DNA of 64,000 bases from Massalongia carnosa (taxonomy: Eukaryota). The notes beneath the pieces were generated by a model. It had not been told where the DNA came from. It was given only the letters and a program-made list of their open reading frames with translations, and made no database searches. A program made the position numbers and the translations under genes. This document shows positions 55,121 to 64,000 of the stretch, piece by piece (position 1 is the stretch's first letter; each line of letters opens with the position of its first letter). The stretch is taken from NCBI GenBank assembly GCA_965645245.1, contig OZ287070.1, positions 1,736,001 to 1,800,000 on the forward strand, in the 5' to 3' direction.

Positions 55121-56224
55121 GGTTGCACCGTGACGCTAATCTAAATCCAAGGGGCGTCGAAGGGATGAATTGAGTCTACTGGCACGGTCAATCTGATCGA
55201 TCATTCATGAAAAGAGACCCTCGTTTGTCGAACCAAAAACGTAGACAGGGTATGTTCGGTATAAAGCTCCCGGATCGACACATCTCCAAGCTACCAGTGA
55301 TTACACCTGAGTTCCCATTTGGTTAGAAAGATGAATGCATTGCCGTACAGAGAGAATGATATGCGTGAAAGGGTCAAGACTTGTCAAGGAAGAAACAGGT
55401 GCTCCATCACCGCCAACGGAGTTTTAGCCTCACCTATTTCTTGAGGAAATAAATGTACACAGTAGCTTCTAAGACAACTGGCACGGTCTTACTATAATGA
55501 GTTAGTCTCGAGGTTTCTAGAACACGTACGAATACAGAGTAAGGACTCGGTAGCTGTACTGTACTTGCTGCACCGTACGAAAATCACTAGTCTAAATACA
55601 GACTAGAGGACAGATCCTGCAATTGGGAGCCACTCACGTGAGATTGTCGTTGGCCACTAGTTATACTCTGTACGCGCTAGGCTCGCTTGTCCGAGCTCCG
55701 GAACCGCTTGAAACATCCATACAGAATACTCCGTACAATAAGGCATAGTTGTACGCTTTGCCTGCTGTCATGCTTCAGGCAAGCCATAGGATGGTGGACG
55801 GTCAGATACAAAGTACATTCGGCCACTCTTCCTGGCTTTATCCATCCATATCATACATAGAGGAAGCAGGTTCAAATCAACGAGGACGACTGACATCCTC
55901 GACTAACTTCCTCGCCTTCCCTTCTTGTCACCCCGTAGACGTGGATTTTCTCAGCTGGTGGACCCTTCCGTGAAGCCTTTGTTCTCAACTCCCGCCGGTA
56001 GGGCTGGCACCAACCGAGTTTCACAAATTTTCAGTGAGCGACAAAGCGACTCCTTACTAAGCTGACGACTTTTGGAAGTCGGTACATTAGACAACGAGAA
56101 CCTTGATCTCCAATACACAACCCTCCAAACCCCCCGAACTCACCGTTAACTCGCAGCATTTACGTTGCATCTGATTAATACATTCCGTCCGTGGCTTGTG
56201 AGCCTTAGCAGTAGCCTCTGGACA

Positions 56225-58905
56225 ATGCGTATCCCATCACTCCTGGCATTCGTCGCTTGGCTGTGCCTAGGTGCAACAGCAGACCAATACGCTCGGAATC
56301 ATGAGACCCACGATTACTACACACTGCACCTGCACCCAGGAACTTCCCCAGCAGAAGTAGCCTCGGTGTTAGGCCTCCAACTGGCAGGCAAAACCGGCGA
56401 GCTCCCAAACCACTGGACTTTTGCGAATCTTCGGTCGAGGGGAAATTCAGTAGAAGGAGTTCTCGAAAATGTGCGGAAACGACGAAGACGACGAGATAGA
56501 TCAGCCGGCGGAGGGGCGCTGGATGGTATACTGTGGTCGCAAAAGCAGAAGCTCAAACGCCGAATGGAGAAGAGAAATATTACGCCAAAGCTACCCGCTC
56601 GCACTGATTTCGCTTCACCGGGGGATGTTAGCGCACGACCCGTAGTGGTGGAGGCCGCTGTGGCGATGAGAGACGGCATCGCGCGCGAACTGGACATTCA
56701 AGATCCGATTTTTGGCGAGCAGTGGCATCTCTTTAACACGATTCAGCTTGGGCATGATGTCAATGTGACTGGCGTGTGGACTCAAGGTATTACAGGCCAA
56801 AACACGACGTTGGTCATGGTGGATGATGGAATAGACATGTACAGCGAGGATCTGAAGGCAAACTACTTCGCCGCGGGCTCATATGATTTCAATGACAAGA
56901 CGGATGAGCCAAAGCCAAGATTATCGGATGATAAGCACGGGACAAGGTGTGCCGGAGAGATTGCTGCCGTCAAGAATGGCGTGTGTGGGGTGGGAGTTGC
57001 GTACGACGCCAAAATTGGGGGCATCCGGATTTTGTCAAAGGTGATCACCGACGAAGACGAGGCTGTTGCAATGAATTATGCATTTCAGCAAAATCAAATC
57101 TACTCCTGCTCTTGGGGTCCACCGGATGACGGCCGTTCGATGGACGCCCCGGGGATTCTAATCAAAAAGGCCATGGTGAACGCCATACAGAACGGACGGC
57201 AGGGGAAAGGCAACATCTACGTTTTCGCGGCCGGAAACGGTGCAGGCAGCGGAGACAACTGTAACTTTGATGGATATACCAACAGCATATACAGCATCAC
57301 CGTTGGGGCAATTGACCGAAAAGGGCTGCATCCATATTACTCCGAGGAATGCTCGGCTCAGCTCGTAGTCACCTACAGTAGCGGCAGCGGCGATGCCATA
57401 CATACCACCGACGTTGGAACTAATCAATGCTATTCAAATCATGGGGGAACCTCGGCTGCCGCGCCTCTTGGGGCTGGCATTTTTGGCCTGGCGCTTTCCG
57501 TTCGCCCTGAGCTTACGTGGCGCGACATGCAAAGCATACTGGTCCAAACGGCAGTTCCAGTCAACGAACACGAGGTCTGGGACAAGACATATATTGGGAA
57601 AAAATTCAGCCACACCTATGGCTACGGCAAGCTGGATGCATACGCGGTTGTGGAGGCCGCCAAGTCTGCGACTCTTTTGAAGCCCCAGGCCTGGTTCAAC
57701 TCCCCATGGCTGCATGTCAACCGCGAAGTGCCCCAAGGTGTGGAGGGCTTGTTGAGCACCTTCGAAGTCACCAAGGAACATCTCCAGACGGCCAACTTGG
57801 AAAGGGTGGAGCATGTCACCGTTACCATGAACGTGGAGCATACGAGACGTGGGGATTTAAGTGTTGAATTGAGAAGTCCAACCAATGTTGTGAGTCATTT
57901 GAGTGTTGCTCGAAGACTCGATGATGCGGAAAGCGGATATGTGGATTGGACGTTCATGTCAGTAGCTCATTGGTAAGGCCGACTCCGTAAGCACTCGCTC
58001 TAAATTCCGCTAATTTATACAAAAGGGGTGAACCTGGCGTCGGGAAGTGGAGCGTCGTTGTGAAAGACACCAACGTTAATGAACACAACGGCACCTTTAC
58101 AGACTGGAAGCTTACCCTCTGGGGCGAGTGCATCGATCCTTCGTCGCAAAAGCTACTCCCAATGCCGGAAGAAACCGACGATGACAGCCACACAGTAATA
58201 TCTGCAGAAGTCTCTACCGCCACCGTTCCTCCCAACTCAGCCGAAAGCGACCTCCCCGCCAATCCATCTGACCACATAGACCGTCCCGTCAACGTCAAGC
58301 CTACCGGCAGCGCCAAGACCATTGGAACAACCGAGGCGCTCCCCACTGCCTGGGCCCCGTTAAATACGGCGTTGACCTCCTTCTCCTCCTCAATCCACCC
58401 AACTGTATCGTCATCTGCAATAACTACGCTTCACTCCGCCGCATCCTCCAGCTCCGCCGACAATGCTCTTCTACACTACTTCCCCACCTTCGGCGTCTCC
58501 AAGCGCACCCAGATCTGGATCTACGGCGCCCTGGCCATCATCGTGCTCTTCTGCGCCGGCTTAACTGCCTATATCTTCGTCCAGCGCCGAAAACGTATCC
58601 GCCACAGTCGCGATGAGTATGACTTCGACGTGCTCGAAGGTGACGAGGATGATGGTGTTCACGGGCTTGCTAAGGTGGGCGTGCAGAGCGGGGCTGTGTC
58701 TGGGAAAGGAAGACGGGTAAAGAAGCGCGCCGGCGAGCTTTACGATGCATTTGCTGGGGAGAGCGATGAGGAACTTCTGACGGATGGGGAAGAGGAGTAT
58801 AAGTATGTCGATATGGAGGAGGAGGAGGAGGATGATGATGCCGAAGGCGAGGTTGCGGAGAGGGGAAGGAGCCAGTCTAGAGGCAGAGACGGAGAGAAAA
58901 CATGA
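56225..58905 (+). CDS. KEX2: Kexin (Kex2) subtilisin-like proprotein convertase
   Basis: Signal MRIPSLLAFVAWLCLGATA, pro-domain ending MEKR, catalytic motifs VDDG, KHGTRCAGEI, AAGNG and GTSAAAP, P-domain 'RRGDLSVEL..AHW|GE', TM segment, acidic tail with 'GELYDAF'. Intron ~57973-58025. Confidence 0.96.
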
Positions 58906-60278
58906 GGTTTGGATCCCCCCCTCGAGGGGAGGGAAGGGGAGTGGAGCTGATTTTCCGTTCTTTTCCATAGTGACTGGTCGCATATGGCACGTTAAGTGTA
59001 TTACAGGATGGGCACGGGATGGGATGGGTTCGAGCCAACGACGTGCTAACTTGCACACATACATGCATAGCGAGAGGGTGTTTTGTGTTAGTCTTTAGGA
59101 TTTTGGTCGTGGTTTTTTCTTTCTATCCCTTGTTTACTTTACTTAGTGCCGACAGCGGAGCGGGGCGGAGTATTAAAATGCAGGTCAGCATAGATCGTAG
59201 ATACATATCTTAGGTATGGCTTTTTCCATCCCCGGGGAGAATCCTCGTCCTAGTTATTTTTTGGGGGGGGTTTGTTACATGTACTGAGGAGGTGCATATG
59301 TAGGAGGTATGTACATGGGAGTACTGGCACGACTGGTCGCTTAAGTTTTTTGGTGCGCGCGAAACTCCAAAGTTCGGTACACCCATTTTGCAAAGAGGTG
59401 TAAATATTTTGGTTTGTTTATATCTGTTCGTTCGTTCATTCGACGCAGAGAACGAGACGAATTCAGGGGCACAGACGAGGGGGAAGAAAAAGGAAAAGGA
59501 AAAAGACCTGAATCGGGGATTTCTTTCCCTCTTCTTTCCATAAATCTCTTTCTTCTAGGTATATCGAATCCCGACAGCACACGCCTTTTTTTTTCTTTTC
59601 ATTCAAATTTAGAATACGTACCTACTTTTCAAACCTGCCCACCCCCCCCCCCCCTCTCGGGGCCCTCCCTCTCTCCCTGTCCCAACCTTACGGGAAAATG
59701 AAAGGGGGGGGAAATGGAGAAGAAACGAAAAGTGGAGTTACGGATTGTGTGGTACCTCCGGGGGAAAGAAACGAGGGGTTTGGAGGGGAGTTTGGTGGTT
59801 GATATTTGCTTTCGCTCTGGGAAATATTTAAGGGGGGGGGGGTGGGGGGGGTTTGCCTGCCAGTCTTTGGGAAGTAGGAATGAATAAATGGAAGACGGTT
59901 TGTGGTGAAGAGGGGAGTTTATCCACGCACGGACGGACGGACGGACATACATTTATATACGTAGGTATATAAGTACTTCGTAATAATGTATGTATGCTTA
60001 GCTTTACCGAACATGGCCATTCGTTTCAAGAAAAACGCCACTTCTTGTTCTCGCCCAAACTTGTGAATGGAAACCAGGGCACGGTTACTTACTCACTCAC
60101 CACTCTCCATAACTAACGCCTGCTCCGCCCCGCTCCGTTCCGTTGCCCATTCTAGCGGAAATGAAAGAAAGAAGAAGAGGAAGAAGAAAAAAGAAATAAT
60201 TCATTGCTTCCTGCTTCCCTTCCCCCTACCCCTAAATCTCCCCCCCCCCCCATCCCCCAGCAAAACAAAACCTTGTCC

Positions 60279-61760
60279 TCATCCGCCTCCCTCCCTCTCC
60301 ATCTCCCTCAAATACCCCTCCCACGTATTCACCACGCCCTCGTAAAAGTCCACGTGCCTCGCAGCCAACCCGCCCAACGTGTCCCGGAACTCAACCGCCT
60401 TAATGCGTTCGAAATCGGCGACCTCGCGCATGACCTCCTCGTCGAAGCGTTCGCTCAGCCGCTTGGCATCCTCGACCTCGCGCGTTAGACGTTCAATCTG
60501 TAGCTCTAGCTTGCGCACACGCTCGCGCCGGCTCTGCTCGTGGTCGACGCCGCGCACGTCTTCGATCTTGGCGCGGATGAAGCCGCCCGGGCCGCCGAGG
60601 CCGGAGCCCGAGTGCGCCGATGCGAGTATGTCCCGGTCCTGCACGGCTTTGGTGAGATATTCAGTCAGGCCTTCAAAATCGAGCTGTTTCTGCTCGCGCG
60701 ACTTGAGTAGCGCTTTGATGGCCACGATGTAGGCTTGCATATCGCGCAGGCTGCCGAGGTATTTCTGATCGGTGTGTTCCTTTAAGCTCCCGAGCCCGCG
60801 CGCCGTCTGCTCGACGCCCTGGGCGAAGGCATGCACGGCCCCTTCGACGCCGGGCTCGAGGTGGACGAGCCGCATAAACTGCACGGATAGATCCGCATAG
60901 TCTGCCTCTAGGTCGGCTTCGCGGCGCACAACCCGGGCGACGATCTTCTCTACGTGGCCAAGGTCTTCATCTAGCTTATCGGCTTTCTCACGCACGTCGA
61001 TGAAGCGCTTGTCAGGCTTGTGCAGCTTGCTGAAGGCGTTGACGAAGGTATCGGCAAGGTTATCAAAGACACTATTGCCCTGGTCCGAGGCCGAGGAGCC
61101 ACGCGAGGGCCGGAGTCGCATGTGGGCGTTCCAGTCCGGGGATTCGAGGAAGATGGTAAGGAGGGTGCTGCGACGGAGGACGGGATGGAGCGTCAGACGC
61201 TTCAAAAAGCGGTGCAATGAATGAGCGCGGCGCTGGGTGAAATCGGGCCCGAAGCGGTCACCACGGACGTATTCCATTTTATGTTTGTCTGGGAGGGGAG
61301 GGACGGCGCAGGCGGGATACTCCCTGTGGAGGGTTTTGTAGATGAAGACAAAATCAGTGAAGCGGCGGCGGACGCTGAAAGTGGATTTCTGAAAGGATTT
61401 AAAATTCGTCTGGGAGGAGCACGTTAGGCTGTATTTCCCGAGTCATTATAAGATATGGGGTGGCAATCGTAGACATACTTGAGTAGTGACAAGGTACGAG
61501 ATATAGGCATCTTTGGTCCCATCGTTCTCTTTCAACGGAGTATCAACTGTGCAATCTAGCATTCCATCTCCAATCCCCCCTAGATCCACTCTATCAACAT
61601 TCTGGCCCATGTGCGCAGAGGAATTGCTTGTTCGGCGTTTATCGTCGAAGCCAGGCCTGAAATTTCGACCGTCTGCATCACTGGGGCCCGCAGTGTTCGG
61701 GCGAGAGTGGTCACTCTCTGGCTCATTGCGCCATGAGACATTGTCGAAGTCGTTATCCAT
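60279..61760 (-). CDS. SNX4: Sorting nexin 4 / Atg24 (PX plus BAR)
   Basis: 'KENDGTKDAYISYLVTT|..VRRRFTDF..PPLPDKHKMEYVRGDRFGPDFTQRRAHSL', BAR region 'REQKQLDFE', 'EVADFERIKAVEF'. Intron ~61411-61478. Confidence 0.93.
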
Positions 61761-62559
61761 GATGGCTCAGATTCTAAAAAAGCTGGTTGGGAATGATCGG
61801 ACTTTGGAGGCCAGCGAGTCTTTGAACGTAGGGACGAGTATAGAATACGCCAAGCTCGGTCAAAGCTCTCTCGGTCGCCTCCGCGGCTTTAGCAAAGAAA
61901 CCGAGCAATTGAAAGGGTACAGACTACGTTCATGTAATTGGTTTGTTGCGCCGTTGGGATGAAGCAGCATCATCGCAGTCGATTTCGATCTCAATTTCAA
62001 TGCATGGACAACATGTAGCTTAATTTATCTTAAATCAACAGATCTGAGACAAAACACGGGTCTTTAACATGAGACATAAGAGGAATCCATAGTGAAAAGG
62101 GTGTTTTTATATGGAGGAACGGTTTGTCATGGGAAAGCAGCGAGAAGCAGACTCGTTCTGCCCAGGTCCCTGACAAATATGAGGATTTAGCTACTGGTGC
62201 GAAGGAATATCTACATAGGGTTTTTCTCGTTGCAGCAAACTAGCAGCCAGTTTCTCTCCCCCTCCATTCGCGTTCGATCCAACAGCATAATTCCCGGAGC
62301 CTAAGGAATTGCCAAATGCAATAAATGCCCTGTCTAGTTTAGAAATTATGAACAAGGAGACCGAAGGATCGCTTTGGGGGAGTGACAAACCCCTGGTCAA
62401 TTATGACTCAAAAGGCACCCAGGAATATACAGGTTCATGAAGAAGATTCCGGCGTTTGATGTTGGGAAAGAATCATACGGGAACACAGATTTCTCAAAGA
62501 CCCTGGGATACCTTTGCTCGGCTCATCACTCGAGTATCATCTGCTGCTACGCTACGACG

Positions 62560-63692
62560 AGCTCAAGAGGTCCTAATCCGGGCGGTGAAGGCGAGCAAAG
62601 CTTCAGCCGCAGTGGTAAATATGATAGGAAGAAGATGAAAAGTCCCAAAGTCCCAAAGTCTTAATGCTGGGAAGCTCCAGGTCTGGCAAATCAGCGGTTC
62701 TAAAATCCATGCATTTTTTCTGTGATATGACTTACTCGCGTGCTGAGCGTGTATCGTTCAAGCGTATTGTTTTGACTAACATCGTCAAATTTATGCAGGA
62801 CGTTCTGGGTGTCATGGAAGAGCGTGAATTGCGGCTGGAGCATCATGAAAATAATATTTATATCGAAGTCATCTTAACGCAGTCTACAACCCTTGAAGAT
62901 CCTGTGTTGCCTCCAGATGTACTTTCGGCAATAACCGCCTTATGAAAGGACTCTGGCGTGTAAGAATGCTTTGAAATGTTCAAGGAATACCTATATCCTC
63001 ATTCCCCCAGGTACATAGTAAGTACGGTGAAGTCTATGAATTCAGTTTCTCTGTATTAAATATAGCTAGATTATTGGATTAGTTATCTTGACGAACCGGA
63101 CTACTTGCCATCCGATCGAGATATTCTCTTGGCGTACTACTCCGCAACGGGATTCGTGGAGGGCCTTTTCTACCGCATCTATGACATCGGCCGTATGGGA
63201 AGCCGACTGAAACTCTATCTTCAGTTCCTCAACGATTCCAACGTAATCATCTTCACCGTGGATATCTCCTTGTACGACAAATGTCTCTGGCAGGATCCAC
63301 TGGTGCCTCATATCCTCGACGACGTGACTCTCTTCGACAGCGTCTGCAACTCTAGCTTGTTCACCAAGACTCACATCGTCTTGTTCTTCAACAAGGTCGA
63401 CGAGCTCGAGCGCAAGATCGTCATAACTCCCCTCAAGCGTCAACATTTCCCCGACTTCAGCGGCGACCCGGCCGACGCCGACGCCGTGAAAGATTACTTC
63501 CGAATGAGATTCTTGAATGCGAACCGGCAGCCAGACAGGAAGATCGATGTGTGTTTCGCCGCTCTCACGCACAACGCGAGCTTGGGCGGGGTGGCCTTTG
63601 CGGCTCTTGGGAAAGTCCTGAAGCATAGAATGTCAAGGTCGAATGTGGATTACAGCGCCATAATGAGAGCAAGAAACGTGCAGGGATTTTAA
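62560..63692 (+). pseudogene. Divergent heterotrimeric G-alpha-like gene with premature stops
   Basis: P-loop 'KVLMLGSSRSGKS', 'YLPSDRDIL' and 'IVLFFNKVD' are present. In-frame TGA (62943) and TAA (62961) sit where G-alpha has LW.D.GVQ. The upstream helix appears frameshifted. The 5' end is uncertain. Confidence 0.7.
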
Positions 63693-64000
63693 TGATAACC
63701 CTCCCTCTACAAGTTGAAGCGCCGGAGATATCTTCACGATTATACAACATCCTTGGATTTCCCTTTAACTGGATTATATCAGCGCTTTTCGTCTGCTAAA
63801 ACCGGCTTCTTCGTATAAAACGCGAATAAAAACTAATTATTGTTATTATTGCCAGCATCCCTTTCTTCCCCTTTCCTCACTTCAATCGTCACCTCTTTTA
63901 CCCCCCCATTTTATATATAATTACTACTTATTCAAAGATGGTTTTTTCCACCCAAACGCAAAGAAAAAAAACAGCTCGAGCCGAATCCCAAACACTACGA

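Noticed and set aside
56225..58905. KEX2 lying 25 kb from a toxin precursor rich in KR sites, suggesting a functional cluster
   Set aside because: KEX2 is a housekeeping gene and sits among other core genes; the linkage is most simply coincidental without synteny evidence.
62943..62963. Premature stops in the G-alpha-like gene as A-to-I editing targets
   Set aside because: TGA->TGG could be restored by editing, but the TAA stands at an expected Gln (CAA), which A-to-I cannot restore, and an upstream frameshift is also apparent.

Overview
Intron-rich genomic DNA from a filamentous ascomycete (Pezizomycotina), judged from short GT-AG introns with CTAAC/CTGAC branch sites and the gene content; the species cannot be assigned from sequence alone. 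Two housekeeping blocks flank an accessory interval of about 28 kb (~15.5-44 kb). Left block: SNT2, a HELQ/POLQ-type helicase, a WrbA/Pst2 flavodoxin-like quinone reductase and VPS53. Right block: YTH1, a DUF1776 protein, WSS1, a PhoD-like protein, KEX2, SNX4 and a decayed G-alpha-like gene. The accessory interval holds two secreted multi-LysM genes, an uncharacterised cytosolic gene, a very large subgroup-C (killer-toxin-like) GH18 chitinase, a second signal-less GH18, an intron-containing tRNA-Glu, a GPI-anchored repeat protein and a HET-domain pseudogene. Two observations stand out. (1) The large chitinase looks like a Kex2-processed polyprotein ending in a NucA/NucB-type DNase domain, i.e. 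a candidate chitin-targeted nuclease toxin with LysM partners and a possible immunity gene. (2) The flavodoxin gene ends in the readthrough context TGA-CTA-G, followed in frame by 81 sense codons ending in a CaaX box (CSIL), suggesting a readthrough-generated prenylated isoform. Exon boundaries were read by eye and family assignments come from motif recognition, not database searches.
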